Shown: positions 1 to 10,124 of the stretch, piece by piece | How positions within the stretch are numbered: position 1 is the stretch's first letter | Layout of the letters: each line of letters starts with the position of its first letter | Source of the DNA: Actinomycetota bacterium | Lineage (GTDB): Bacteria > Actinomycetota > Thermoleophilia > Solirubrobacterales > JACPNS01 | Assembly (NCBI GenBank): GCA_016219715.1 | Contig: JACRKX010000035.1 | Coordinates: forward strand, 1-54,785 | Direction: 5' to 3' | DNA length: 54,785 nucleotides | Position numbers and translations under genes: made by a program | Notes under the pieces: generated by a model | What the model saw: the letters and a program-made list of their open reading frames with translations, nothing else | Told to the model about the DNA's origin: nothing | The model's database searches: none

Positions 1-34
1 CGTCGAGCGACTGGATCGCGAATGCGATGCGCAT
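1..34 (-). CDS. Partial glycosyltransferase (5' end only, runs off the window)
   Basis: ATG at 34 reads MRIAFAIQSLD, nearly identical to the N-terminus MRIAFGIHSLAG of the GT at 787-1995. Confidence 0.6.
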   Translation of the reverse strand, partial: MRIAFAIQSLD

Positions 35-52
35 AGGCCTTGCCCGCTCCGC

Positions 53-790
53 TCAGCCCCGGCCGGTTCCGGGCTCGATCTCGTCGTCGCCGACACGGCC
101 GTACACGCGAGCCGGCACGCCGCGCACCCTGGCGCGCGGATTGACATCGGCGGTCAGCACGGCGCCGGCGGCGACGAATGCCTCTTCGCCGACGGTCACG
201 CCAGGCGTCACCAACACGCCGCCGCCGATGCGACAGCCGCGACGAAATACAGGTGGCTCCTGGGTCGATGAATCGGTGACACGGCCGATCGCATCGTCGT
301 TCATTGTCATCACGCCAGGACCGAGAAAAACGTCGTCTTCTACGACCACCCCGCCCGTAATCCAGACCATGCTCTGCACGCGGACCCGCTCGCCGATCAC
401 CGCGTCGTTGCCGAGCGCACTGCCGCGACCTAGTACCGAGCCCTCGCCGATCGACGCTCGCTCGCGAACGTGCGCCTGGTCGCCGACGATGGCACCGGCA
501 CCGATTCGCGCTCCGGAAAACACGACGGCACCGGGTCGCACGACCGCCCCTTCGCCGATCGTCAGCGGCGGCGGCAGTTCGCGTGACGCCGTCGAGCGAG
601 CGCCGAGCGACGGCTGGCAGCCGAGCACCGCGCCGTGATGGATCTGCGCCCCCGCTGCGATCTCGGTCGCACTCTCGATGACGACGTTGGCGCCGATCCA
701 CGCCGTCTCGTCGATCGACACGTCGTCGCAAACCAGCAGATTGAGTCCGCGGTCGGACGTGTGCAAGTCTGGTTTGCTGGCTGTGGTCAT
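53..790 (-). CDS. Hexapeptide-repeat (left-handed beta-helix) acyltransferase, sugar N-acetyltransferase-like
   Basis: Repeated [IV]G-x-x-x-x hexapeptides; VEDDVFLGPG; C-terminal GVPAR motif. Confidence 0.85.
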   Translation of the reverse strand: MTTASKPDLHTSDRGLNLLVCDDVSIDETAWIGANVVIESATEIAAGAQIHHGAVLGCQPSLGARSTASRELPPPLTIGEGAVVRPGAVVFSGARIGAGAIVGDQAHVRERASIGEGSVLGRGSALGNDAVIGERVRVQSMVWITGGVVVEDDVFLGPGVMTMNDDAIGRVTDSSTQEPPVFRRGCRIGGGVLVTPGVTVGEEAFVAAGAVLTADVNPRARVRGVPARVYGRVGDDEIEPGTGRG

Positions 791-1995
791 CCCCGGCCTC
801 GAAGTTTGTCGAACGGGCGTGCAAGTGCGCCGGTCACACGGTGCCTGCGCGACCCGACGATCTCATCGAGCGTGGCCTGCGCGTATTCAAGCCGCTCGGC
901 CAGCCACTCGCGCTCTTGCTCTGCGATGGTCGCCCGCCGTGCCATCTCGTTCAACTCCGCACTGCGGATCTCGAGCAGCTTGCGCAGCCGGAAGGCATCG
1001 CTCTCGTGGCGCCAGTTGACGCGAGTCAGCCGCGCGAGTTCTTCGAGGTTGCCGGGATCGGGAGCATGCGGCGCCGGCTCGTCCAGGTACTTGCGGATGA
1101 AACCGACCAGCTCGGACACGTGAGTGACGACGGAATGATTGGCGACCATCAGGTCACGGTTGACCACGCCCATCTCCGTGTTGTAAAGCGCCAGGTCGGC
1201 GGCGAGCGCCTGGCCCGTCAGCGGACGCGGCCGGCTTCGCCCGCCGAAGTTGTCGTCGACTAGCTCGTCGTAGTTCGCGGCCGTCACCCACCCCTCGGCG
1301 CCGTTGTGGTCGAGCACGTACGCCGCCCGGCCGCAGGCCATCGCCTCGTGGATGACCCGCGCCTTGCCGAAGACGATGTCGGCACCGCTCAGCACCTCTT
1401 CCGGTGACATTTCGGCGCCGCCCGCGAGCGCTCCGGCCACCTCCAACTCGAGCCCGGCGATCTGGCATGCCTCGCGCAGCATCTCGAGCCGTGCGCCCGA
1501 CAGGTAGTTGCCGAACGACAGGGCCCGGCGGGGCGGATCGCTGAGCACGGTCATCGGCTTGAATCGCTCGATGTCGATGGGCTGCCGGATCCGCTCCACG
1601 GGAAGCGCGACCGACTGCGCGACGATGCGATCGTACGCACGGCGGTAGAGCGCGAACACCGCGCGAATCAGACCGCTCACCTGCGGCGGCATCTGAAGGT
1701 CGAAGGTGTCGGAGTGCGCGACGAAGAACTGCGGGCAGGCCGGTCGCACAGCGGCAAACTCCAGGGCCGACGGCGCGTCTTGGAGTAGCGCGGCGTCGAG
1801 ACCTTCGGGTAGCTGCTCTGGCCGTTCGGCAACCCGCAGGCCAAGCCGCTGCGCGACTTCGGCCGACGCACCGCCTTCCGGCGAACAGATCCAAACATCG
1901 TGGCCGGTGCGCTGCAACTCGTCGGCGACGGTCGTGACGTAGGACTCGGTCCCACCGAGCCCGGCCAGCGAGTGGATTCCGAACGCTATCCGCAT
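787..1995 (-). CDS. GT-B (family 4-like) glycosyltransferase with C-terminal coiled coil
   Basis: N-terminal GGTESYV..LQRTGHDV motif and EAMACGR motif; ATG at 1995 overlaps the upstream stop (TGATG). Confidence 0.8.
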   Translation of the reverse strand: MRIAFGIHSLAGLGGTESYVTTVADELQRTGHDVWICSPEGGASAEVAQRLGLRVAERPEQLPEGLDAALLQDAPSALEFAAVRPACPQFFVAHSDTFDLQMPPQVSGLIRAVFALYRRAYDRIVAQSVALPVERIRQPIDIERFKPMTVLSDPPRRALSFGNYLSGARLEMLREACQIAGLELEVAGALAGGAEMSPEEVLSGADIVFGKARVIHEAMACGRAAYVLDHNGAEGWVTAANYDELVDDNFGGRSRPRPLTGQALAADLALYNTEMGVVNRDLMVANHSVVTHVSELVGFIRKYLDEPAPHAPDPGNLEELARLTRVNWRHESDAFRLRKLLEIRSAELNEMARRATIAEQEREWLAERLEYAQATLDEIVGSRRHRVTGALARPFDKLRGRG

Positions 1996-2720
1996 CAGCG
2001 CCACCTCTCGAGCAGCTCGTCCTCAGTAACCTCGCCGATCTTCCGCGCCGGCACTCCGAGCATCTTCGCGCGCGGCTCGACGTCGCGCGTGACCAGCGAC
2101 GCCGCGCCGACGAAGGCCTCTTCGCCGATCTCGAGACCCGGGTTGATCTGCACGTTTCCGGCGACGCGACAGGCCCGGCGCAGGCGTGCGAAGGGCAGCG
2201 GCATACCGTCGTTGCGGTCGAGCGAATTGTCGTTGACTATGACGACGCTGGGCCCGACGAAGACGTCGTCTTCGATCACCGTGCGTGGTGAGATGATGCT
2301 GTTGTTCTGCACGGACGCGTTGCGCCCCACCGAAACGCCCTGGCTGACCAGCGCGTAACTGCCGAGCAGCGAGCCCGGCGCAAAGCTGGTGCCATCACGA
2401 ACGGTCGCGTGATCGGCGATGAACGCCGACTCGCCCAGGCGCGCGCCTCGGCTGACGATCGCGTTCGACCCGACGATCGCCCCGGGTCCAACCACGGTCG
2501 CGGCGTCGGCGGCGGATCTGAAGTTGCCTCGAACGCTGGGCCTGCCGACGGTCGCGTGATCCTGGATCTGAGCACCCGGCTCGACGATCGTGCCGCGGTA
2601 GAGAACCACATTGGCACCGATCGTGGCGTCGCCGGAAATCACCACACCGGGGCCGACGAGCAAGCCCGGTGCGCGGTCATCGGACCGCAGCTCGCCGGCA
2701 GCGGTGGCCCACTCGCTCAC
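1995..2720 (-). CDS. Hexapeptide-repeat acyltransferase (paralog of 53-790)
   Basis: IGANVV, IEDDVFVGP, IGEEAFVGA and GVPAR motifs; GTG at 2720 overlaps the amidase stop (GTGA). Confidence 0.85.
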   Translation of the reverse strand: MSEWATAAGELRSDDRAPGLLVGPGVVISGDATIGANVVLYRGTIVEPGAQIQDHATVGRPSVRGNFRSAADAATVVGPGAIVGSNAIVSRGARLGESAFIADHATVRDGTSFAPGSLLGSYALVSQGVSVGRNASVQNNSIISPRTVIEDDVFVGPSVVIVNDNSLDRNDGMPLPFARLRRACRVAGNVQINPGLEIGEEAFVGAASLVTRDVEPRAKMLGVPARKIGEVTEDELLERWR

Positions 2721-4147
2721 GCCGGCGCGGGCTCCGCCGGCCGGAAGCCCTGCCAGCCGATCACCTCTTGAACCTGTGCCGCGAGCGAGAGCAGCGTTGC
2801 CTCGCCGGCCGGACGCCCGATCAGTTGCACCGAGTGAGGCAGGCCGTCGTCGCCGATCGCCGTGGGCAGCGACACCGCGGGCTGCCCGGTGACGTTGATG
2901 ACGGCGGTAAACGAGGTGAACTCGGCGGACTTCCCAAATGCCGCCATGCCCTGCGTGGAGTCGATCGTGCCGATCGGAACCGGCCGCAGGTTGAGCACCG
3001 GCGAAAGGATTACGTCGTAAGGATCCATTGCCGCGATCAGGCTGCGGGCAAAGACGTTCGCTGTAGCGTTGGATGAGATCCAGTCGAGCACGTCGATCTT
3101 CTGCGTGAGCTGCCACATCTCCCAGGTCAGACGCTCGACGGAGTCTTCTGTGATGTCGCGGCCGCTGACGATTCCGGCGAATCGTGTGAGCGTGGAGATC
3201 CAGCCGCCGAAGACCTTCGAGAACATCAGCATTATCTCGCTGTTGTCCCACGGCAGGTCGACCGGCTCGACGTCGTGACCGAGCCGTTCGAGCAGCCTGG
3301 CGAAGTCGTTGACCTGTTCGACATGCGAAGGATCGACCGGCAGGTCGAGCGTGGGCTTGACGGTGTAACCGATGCGCAGTCGTCCCGGCTCACGGGCCGC
3401 CGCCAGCGCGAAGGGCTCAGCCGGCGGCGGAGCCCAGTTGGCGTCGCCGAGTTCCGGCCCCGACAGGACATCCAGGGCAGCGGCGGCGTCGGCGACGCTG
3501 CGGGTGAGCATCATGTCTTGCGTCAGCGGATGCTCGGCGAGCAGCGGCGCCCCCGACACGCGATTGCGAGACGGCTTGAAGCCGATCACGCCGCAGCATG
3601 CTCCGGGAATGCGCAGCGACCCACCGCCGTCGTTGCCGTGCGTGATCGGCAGGATGCCGGCCGCGAGCGCGGCCGCGGCGCCGCCGCTCGATCCACCCGG
3701 CGTGCGATCTGTGTCGTAGGGATTGCGGGCCGGGCCGTATCTGACCGGCTCGGTGACCGGAAGAATCCCCATCTCGGGCGTCTTCGTCTTGCCGATCACT
3801 ATGCATCCCGCCTGCTTGACGCGCCGCACGACGTTGCTGTCGAAGTCGGGCGTGAAATCGCCGAACAACTCGGCCCCCGCCGTGTACGGGTAGCCGGCGA
3901 GGAACGGCCCGATGTCCTTGATCGCGGTCGGCACGCCGGCGAACGATCGCCCATCGCCGGGCTTGACATCGTCTGCGGCGGCCAGGGCCCGCTCCGCGTC
4001 GATGATCGTGAAAGCGCCAAGCTTCGGATCGAGCTGTTCGGCGCGACGCAGGGACAGCTCGGTGAGTTCGCGCGAGCTGACTTCGCCGGAGCGCACCATC
4101 GCGGCCAGCTCGAGCGCGGGTCTGAAAAGGATGTCTGCGTCGGCCAC
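2717..4147 (-). CDS. Amidase signature family protein
   Basis: GVPTAIKD, GGSSGG and DGGGSLRIP amidase motifs; start placed at GTG 4147, 10 nt after TAGGAT. Confidence 0.92.
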   Translation of the reverse strand: MADADILFRPALELAAMVRSGEVSSRELTELSLRRAEQLDPKLGAFTIIDAERALAAADDVKPGDGRSFAGVPTAIKDIGPFLAGYPYTAGAELFGDFTPDFDSNVVRRVKQAGCIVIGKTKTPEMGILPVTEPVRYGPARNPYDTDRTPGGSSGGAAAALAAGILPITHGNDGGGSLRIPGACCGVIGFKPSRNRVSGAPLLAEHPLTQDMMLTRSVADAAAALDVLSGPELGDANWAPPPAEPFALAAAREPGRLRIGYTVKPTLDLPVDPSHVEQVNDFARLLERLGHDVEPVDLPWDNSEIMLMFSKVFGGWISTLTRFAGIVSGRDITEDSVERLTWEMWQLTQKIDVLDWISSNATANVFARSLIAAMDPYDVILSPVLNLRPVPIGTIDSTQGMAAFGKSAEFTSFTAVINVTGQPAVSLPTAIGDDGLPHSVQLIGRPAGEATLLSLAAQVQEVIGWQGFRPAEPAPA

Positions 4148-4225
4148 GGTGAAGCCGATCCTACCGGCGCGGGTCCACCGTTCGGACTCCACCGCCGATC
4201 TGGCACCCGTCAGCCGCGCGACCGG

Positions 4226-5164
4226 TCAGCCGATGCCCAGCCGATCCAGCAGTCCGTCGTCGCGCCTCCAGCCCTTGCGCACGCTCGCCCGCAGTTCGAG
4301 GTGAACGTGCGAATCGAGCAGCTCTTCGAGGCCGGGCCGCGCGGCAGCACCGATCGCCTTGATCATGCGGCCACCCTTGCCAATCACGATGCCCTTCTGC
4401 GACTCGGTCTCGACCCAGAGATTGGCGTGTACGTAAGTAATCGTGCCGCTGTCGTCGGCGGGTTCGACGCGCTCGATCTCATCGACGCGCACCTCGATCG
4501 CGTGCGGCAACTCATCGCGGGTGCGCGATAGGGCCTGCTCGCGGATCAGCTCGGCGACGCGGATCTCGAGCGGCTGATCGGTGGCCTCGTCGGCCGGGAA
4601 GAGAAATGGTCCCGGTGGAAGCATCTCGATCAGCGCCTCGATCAGCTCCGGCACACCCTCGCCCGTGCGAGCGGAGACGGGATAGATCTCGCCCGGCGCG
4701 AACTCGGCCGCGTCGAGCAACGCCTGGGCGGTGCGCTCCTTGCTGAGCAAGTCGATCTTGTTGACGGCCGTGACGACCGGCACTCCGGCCTGCTTGATCA
4801 AGTCGGCGAGATAGCGGTCGCCGCCGCCGGACTTCTGCTCGCCGTTGAGCACGAACAGCGCGCCGTCACAATCCGCGACAGCGCGGACCACACCCTTCTG
4901 CATGCGCTCGGTCATCGCGTCGCGCGGACGCTGGCTGCCAGGAAGATCGACCAGCACCAGCTGTGCATCGCGACGCGTCAACACACCGCGCACCTCGCGG
5001 CGGGTCGTCTGTGGCTTGTTGCTGACGATCGCGACCTTCTCGCCGACGATGCCGTTGATCAACGTCGACTTGCCGGCGTTCGGGCGGCCGGCGATCGCGA
5101 TCATGCCCGAGCGCGTCTGCATTCCATCGAACGACTGGAGGGTGCCGGGATCGTGCAGGCTCAC
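4226..5164 (-). CDS. era: GTPase Era
   Basis: GRPNAGKS, PQTTR, DLPG and NKID G-motifs; KH domain VIGKGG. Confidence 0.97.
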   Translation of the reverse strand: MSLHDPGTLQSFDGMQTRSGMIAIAGRPNAGKSTLINGIVGEKVAIVSNKPQTTRREVRGVLTRRDAQLVLVDLPGSQRPRDAMTERMQKGVVRAVADCDGALFVLNGEQKSGGGDRYLADLIKQAGVPVVTAVNKIDLLSKERTAQALLDAAEFAPGEIYPVSARTGEGVPELIEALIEMLPPGPFLFPADEATDQPLEIRVAELIREQALSRTRDELPHAIEVRVDEIERVEPADDSGTITYVHANLWVETESQKGIVIGKGGRMIKAIGAAARPGLEELLDSHVHLELRASVRKGWRRDDGLLDRLGIG

Positions 5165-5610
5165 GCGCCCGCCCGCTTTTCGAGCGAATCGACGATCTCG
5201 TCCTGCAGCGCGAGCATCTCGCCGTCGTCGGTCTCGTGGTCGAAGCCACAGAGATGCAGGACTCCGTGCACCGTCGCCTCGATCATGTCCTGGGTGTGTT
5301 CGGGACAGATCACGACATCGCCCAACTCGACCGGCGCGTCGTCGTGCCCGGACACGGGAAGCTCGCCCTGCGCGACACCCTCGGCGTCAACCGGGAAGCT
5401 GAGCACGTCGGTCGGCGAGTCCTTGTCGCGGTATTCGCGATTGAGCTGACGAATACGAGTGGCGTCGACGATCTCTATCGCGATGTGGCCGCGCGTGACT
5501 CCGAGTCGCGCCAGCGTGGCGGCCGCCGCGCCGGTGAGCGCATCGTCGTCGCTGCCGATCAGCTCGATGTCGGTAGCCGCGGCACCCGGTGCGGGACCGT
5601 TGGTGCTCAT
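5161..5610 (-). CDS. ybeY: rRNA maturation endoribonuclease YbeY
   Basis: LNREYRDKDSPTDVLSF and HGVLHLCGFDH motifs; lies between phoH and era. Confidence 0.95.
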   Translation of the reverse strand: MSTNGPAPGAAATDIELIGSDDDALTGAAAATLARLGVTRGHIAIEIVDATRIRQLNREYRDKDSPTDVLSFPVDAEGVAQGELPVSGHDDAPVELGDVVICPEHTQDMIEATVHGVLHLCGFDHETDDGEMLALQDEIVDSLEKRAGA

Positions 5611-6617
5611 CCCCGGCCGTCGTCACGCCGGCTGGGGCCGGTGCCGCCCTTGCGCCGCGACTTGCGCTGTTCTTCGAGTTGCTCGGCGTGCTCGGCATAG
5701 GCCGTAACGATGCGCTGGACGAGCTTGTGGCGGACTACGTCTTCGTCGCCGAACTTGACGAATGCGATGTCGTCGACGTCTTTGAGAATCTGGCCGACTT
5801 CGATCAGGCCACTGCGTTCGCCCTTCGGCAGGTCGATCTGCGTCACGTCGCCGGTGACGACGATCTGCGAGCCGAAACCCAGCCGCGTGAGGAACATTTT
5901 CATCTGCTCGGGCGAGGTGTTCTGCGCCTCGTCGAGGATCACGAAGCTGTCGTTGAGGCTTCTGCCGCGCATGAAAGCCAGCGGCGCAACCTCGATCGCT
6001 CCGCCCTCGAGATACTGGTTGACGCGCTCGGGTTCGAGCATGTCGTAGAGCGCGTCGAACAGCGGGCGCAGGTACGGGTCGACCTTGGCCATCAGGTCGC
6101 CGGGCAGGAAGCCCAGCCGCTCGCCGGCCTCGACGGCCGGGCGGGTAAGGATGATGCGGCTGACTTTTCGCGAGCTGAGCGCCTGGGCGGCCATCGCGAT
6201 CGCCAGGTAGGTCTTGCCGGTGCCGGCCGGGCCGACGCCGAAGGTGACGGTCTTGCTGCGGATCGCGTCGACGTAGTTCTTCTGGTTGACGGTCTTCGGC
6301 GCGACCTTTTTGTTGCGGTGTCGCCAGACGACGTCTTCGAGCACCTCGGCGGGGTTCTTGTGCTGATCGAGTGCGCCGGCGACCACGTCGATCGTGCCGG
6401 GTGCGATCTCGTGCCCGTTCTCGATCAGCTCGGCGAGTTCTTCGACGACGCCGCGCGCGGCGTCGACGTCGACGTCGTCGCCTTCGAGCGTCAGCACGTT
6501 GCCGCGCAGGTGGACGGTGCAGTCGAGGTGGTCTTCGAGCGTCTTGAGCACAGCGTCTTGGGTGCCGGCGAGCTCTGCGGCGACGCTGTTGTCGAGCTCA
6601 ATCGCGGTTCTGGTCAA
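5607..6617 (-). CDS. phoH: PhoH-like ATPase
   Basis: GPAGTGKT, RPAVEAGERLGFLPG, LAFMRGRSL and DEAQN motifs. Confidence 0.95.
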   Translation of the reverse strand: MTRTAIELDNSVAAELAGTQDAVLKTLEDHLDCTVHLRGNVLTLEGDDVDVDAARGVVEELAELIENGHEIAPGTIDVVAGALDQHKNPAEVLEDVVWRHRNKKVAPKTVNQKNYVDAIRSKTVTFGVGPAGTGKTYLAIAMAAQALSSRKVSRIILTRPAVEAGERLGFLPGDLMAKVDPYLRPLFDALYDMLEPERVNQYLEGGAIEVAPLAFMRGRSLNDSFVILDEAQNTSPEQMKMFLTRLGFGSQIVVTGDVTQIDLPKGERSGLIEVGQILKDVDDIAFVKFGDEDVVRHKLVQRIVTAYAEHAEQLEEQRKSRRKGGTGPSRRDDGRG

Positions 6618-7045
6618 GAGGTCAGGCGCTCCTTCACTGCCGCCTGCACGCGGTTGCCGTCGGCACGACCCTTGACCTGCGGCATCACGGCGCCCATCAC
6701 CTTGCCCATGTCGGCCGGCGCGCTGGCGCCGGTCTGCTCGATCGCGGCGGCGACGATGCCGGCAAGCTCGTCGTCGCTTATCTGTGCCGGCAGGTAGACC
6801 TGGATCAGCTCGGCTTCGCGCTCTTCCTGGGCGGCCGCGTCGTCGCGACCGCCGTCGCGGAAGGCCTGCGCGCTTTCGAGGCGCTTCTTGCGCGCGCTCT
6901 GCAGCACCGCGATCTCGTCGGCGCCACCTTCCTTGACGGCACGCTGTAGGTCGGCCACGACCATGCGCAGCGTCTGGACCTTGTCTTTCTCACCGGCCTT
7001 CATGGCGGTCTTCACATCGTCTTGAATCTGATCGAGAATCGGCAT
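6614..7045 (-). CDS. yqeY: GatB/YqeY domain protein
   Basis: KTAMKAGEK..., YLPAQIS and DMGKVMG...GRADG pattern. Confidence 0.9.
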   Translation of the reverse strand: MPILDQIQDDVKTAMKAGEKDKVQTLRMVVADLQRAVKEGGADEIAVLQSARKKRLESAQAFRDGGRDDAAAQEEREAELIQVYLPAQISDDELAGIVAAAIEQTGASAPADMGKVMGAVMPQVKGRADGNRVQAAVKERLTS

Positions 7046-7100
7046 GGGTTCAGGTTAATGGTCGCGGCCGACCAAGTGAGCAGCGCGCGCCGGAAGCGTT

Positions 7101-8042
7101 CTAGAACGTGAGGACGATCTTGCCCAGCTTGCCGCCCGCCGCAAAGCGGTCGTAGGCATCCTGGACGTCGTCGAACGCGTATGTCTGAGCCACCGGAACG
7201 GCAAGCGCGCCACGCTCGAACAGCGGAAGGACGTGGCGCTCGACCGCGCGGGCGGTGAGAGCCTTCTCTTCGAGCGGCCTTGCGCGCAGAGTGCTGCCTC
7301 GCAGCGACGCACGCTTGCCCATGATCGCGAGCAGATTGACGTCTGCCTTGAAGCCGGCGCCGACGCCGATTACGACGATGCGGCCGTCGGTGTTGACGGC
7401 CTTGAGGTTGGCGGGCATGTTCGGGGCGCCGACGAGTTCGAGGATCACGTCGAACGGGCCATGCGCTTCAAAACCCTCGGGATCGATCACGTCGTGGGCA
7501 CCAAGCGCCTTCACCTGGTCGCGAAGGTTGGCGTTGCGAACCGTGGCAGTGACGTGCGCTCCGGCCGCGGCGCCAAGCTGGACTGCGGCGGTGCCGACGC
7601 CGCCGGCGCCGCCGTGAACGAGCAGCCGCTCTCCGGGCTTCAGTCCACATTGAGTGAAGATCGCGTCGTGCGCGGTGGTGAACACTTCGGGCAGACCACC
7701 GGCCTGCGGCCAATCTAGAGCCGGCGGCACAGGCATGGCCTGGCGTTCGTGCACGACGACCAGTTCGCCCTGACCGCCACCACCGGCGATCGCCATCACG
7801 CGGTCGCCCTCGGAAAAACGGGTCGCGCCCGGGCCGAGCGCGGCGACTTCGCCGGCGAACTCGAGGCCCGGGATGTCTTGCGGTGAGCCCGGCGGCGCCG
7901 GGTAGGCGCCCTTGACCTGCAGCAGGTCGGCGCCGTTAAGGCCGGCGGCGCGCACGCGAACGAGGATCTCGCCCGCGCCCGGTGTCGGATCGGGGTGCTC
8001 CGCAACCGAAAGCTGGTTATCGCTAATCGTGACGGCACGCAT
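7101..8042 (-). CDS. NAD(P)H:quinone oxidoreductase (zeta-crystallin/PIG3, MDR family)
   Basis: GLEFAGEV, HGGAGGVG and GSTLRAR motifs; ends GKIVL. Confidence 0.9.
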   Translation of the reverse strand: MRAVTISDNQLSVAEHPDPTPGAGEILVRVRAAGLNGADLLQVKGAYPAPPGSPQDIPGLEFAGEVAALGPGATRFSEGDRVMAIAGGGGQGELVVVHERQAMPVPPALDWPQAGGLPEVFTTAHDAIFTQCGLKPGERLLVHGGAGGVGTAAVQLGAAAGAHVTATVRNANLRDQVKALGAHDVIDPEGFEAHGPFDVILELVGAPNMPANLKAVNTDGRIVVIGVGAGFKADVNLLAIMGKRASLRGSTLRARPLEEKALTARAVERHVLPLFERGALAVPVAQTYAFDDVQDAYDRFAAGGKLGKIVLTF

Positions 8043-8085
8043 CGTGGCGGCAGTCTATTGCCCACCCGATTACGAAGCGGTTCCT

Positions 8086-8110
8086 TGCGTAGAGATCCGA
8101 TCTCTACGCA
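8086..8110. repeat. Perfect 11-bp inverted repeat (possible terminator or operator)
   Basis: TGCGTAGAGAT-ccg-ATCTCTACGCA just downstream of the prmA stop; no U-tract. Confidence 0.55.
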
Positions 8111-8119
8111 TGACCTCCG

Positions 8120-8968
8120 TCAGTGTGAGAGCAGAAGGCCCGTCCAGCCGCCATCGCTTACGCGGCGGCGTTCGGTCAAGCCCAGGGCGGCGTAGGCGGC
8201 GCTGATTTCGTCGGCCTCTTCGACGAGCAGGCCGGAGAGAATGATGCGTTCGATGCCGTGGTCGCCAGGAAGCGCCGCGATCTTCTCGCAGACCTCCAGC
8301 AGAAGCGGCCGCATCAGGTTCGCCAACACCGTGGGCGCCAGCGACGGCAACCCCTCGCGCAGGTCGGCACGCTCGACCGCAAGCGGTGTGTCGTTCAAGC
8401 GCGCATTCACCTCGGTGGCCTCGACGCTCAACGGATCGAAGTCGCAGGCATAGATCGGCCCGAAACCGAGTTTGTGGGCGGCGATCGCCAGCACGCCCGA
8501 GCCACAGCCGAGGTCGACTACCTCGCCCCCACTTTCGCCACGCTCGGGCGCGATGTCCAGCAGCAGGTCGACGCATAGTCGCGTCGTTGGATGCGACCCG
8601 GTGCCAAACGCCTGACCCGGGTCGAGCACCAGCTCGACCACGTCCTCGCGCTCGCCGGACGGCTCCCACGTCGGACGCAGCAGCACGAACCCACGCGCTC
8701 CGTCACCGATCAGCACCGAACCGTGAAACTGCTTCCAGCGCTCGTGCCAGTCGTCGGCGACCTCACTGGTTGTCACCTCTACGAGGTCGTCTCCGACCGC
8801 CGCCTGCAGGTCGGGAAGCTCGGGGATCTCTCCGGGCGGACCGTAGACGGCGTACTCGACGATCTCGCCGTCGCGCACCTCCTCTACGCCGGTCGGCGCG
8901 AGTTCCATCAACTGCGCCAGCGCCAGATCGGCATGCTCGGCGCGGCAGCGAATGGCCAGGCGGATCAC
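8120..8968 (-). CDS. prmA: Ribosomal protein L11 methyltransferase
   Basis: DPGQAFGTGSHPTT, VVDLGCGSGVLAI and ILSGL motifs; follows dnaJ; start at GTG 8968 (VIRLAIR). Confidence 0.93.
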   Translation of the reverse strand: MIRLAIRCRAEHADLALAQLMELAPTGVEEVRDGEIVEYAVYGPPGEIPELPDLQAAVGDDLVEVTTSEVADDWHERWKQFHGSVLIGDGARGFVLLRPTWEPSGEREDVVELVLDPGQAFGTGSHPTTRLCVDLLLDIAPERGESGGEVVDLGCGSGVLAIAAHKLGFGPIYACDFDPLSVEATEVNARLNDTPLAVERADLREGLPSLAPTVLANLMRPLLLEVCEKIAALPGDHGIERIILSGLLVEEADEISAAYAALGLTERRRVSDGGWTGLLLSH

Positions 8969-8978
8969 CGCGGGACCG

Positions 8979-10124
8979 TCAGCGCAGCGCCCTGCGCAGT
9001 CGCGACAGGATGCCCTCGCCCTTCGGCGCGCGCAGATTGTCTTCGGTGACGGTCTCGGCAAACTTCTCGAGTAACTCGCGCTGCTCGTCGTTCAGGTTGT
9101 GCGGCACGCGCAGGTTGATGACCGCGTGCAGATCGCCGCGCGTGTTGTTGCGCAGGCCGGGCAGACCATGGCCCTTGATCTTGATCTCGTCGCCGTGCGA
9201 GGCGCCGCTGACGATCTCGATCTCGGCCGGTCCGTCGAGCGTCTCGATCTCGAGCGTCGCTCCCAGCATGGCGTCGTGAGCGTCGACGTCGACGACGGTG
9301 TAGAGCTCCGTGTCCTCGCGGTGGAAGCGGTCATCGTCGGAGACGTTTACGACGACGTAGAGGTCGCCGGGCGGGCCACCGTTTGCGCCGGCGTGGCCGC
9401 GGCCGGCGACGCGTATCTGCTGCCCGTCGGCGATGCCCGCCGGAACTTCAACCTTCACCTCGCGATCGACGCGCACACGGCCCTGACCGTTGCACTCGCG
9501 ACACGGTGTCTCGACCATCTCGCCATGTCCGTCGCAGACGTTGCATACGGCCTCGCGTGCCATCTGGCCAAGCACTGTGCGCGTGACGACACGAACGCGA
9601 CCGGCGCCGCCGCACTGCTCGCAAGTCTTCACGTCGCTGCCGGGCTCGGCGCGGGTGCCGTCGCATTGCGGGCAGGTATCGACGGCCTCGTACTGAAGCG
9701 TGCGCTCTACCCCGGATACCACCTGAGAGAGGTCGATCGTGGTGTCGATCGCCAGATCGCCGCCCTGACGCGGGACATTGCCAGTCGGCGAACCGCCACC
9801 TCCGAAGAAGCTTCCGGCCGCGCCGTTGAAGAACGCCTGGAAGATGCTGGCGAAGTCGCCGAATCCACTGAAGTCGGGCTCTCCGCCGCTGCGGCGCAGC
9901 CCTTCGTGTCCGAAGCGGTCATAGGTCGCGCGGCGCTCGGGATCGCTGAGCACCTCGTAGGCGGCGGCGATCTCCTTGAACTGCTCCTCGGCCTCAGGCG
10001 AGTCGTTGACGTCTGGGTGGTGCGTGCGTGCGAGCACACGGAACGCCTTCTTGATCTCTCGCTCCTCGGCGTTGCGCGAGACGCCGAGCACCTCGTAATA
10101 GTCGCGCGTCGTCGACATGCTCAT
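8979..10124 (-). CDS. dnaJ: Chaperone DnaJ
   Basis: J domain with HPD, G/F-rich region and four CxxCxGxG-type repeats. Confidence 0.97.
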   Translation of the reverse strand: MSMSTTRDYYEVLGVSRNAEEREIKKAFRVLARTHHPDVNDSPEAEEQFKEIAAAYEVLSDPERRATYDRFGHEGLRRSGGEPDFSGFGDFASIFQAFFNGAAGSFFGGGGSPTGNVPRQGGDLAIDTTIDLSQVVSGVERTLQYEAVDTCPQCDGTRAEPGSDVKTCEQCGGAGRVRVVTRTVLGQMAREAVCNVCDGHGEMVETPCRECNGQGRVRVDREVKVEVPAGIADGQQIRVAGRGHAGANGGPPGDLYVVVNVSDDDRFHREDTELYTVVDVDAHDAMLGATLEIETLDGPAEIEIVSGASHGDEIKIKGHGLPGLRNNTRGDLHAVINLRVPHNLNDEQRELLEKFAETVTEDNLRAPKGEGILSRLRRALR

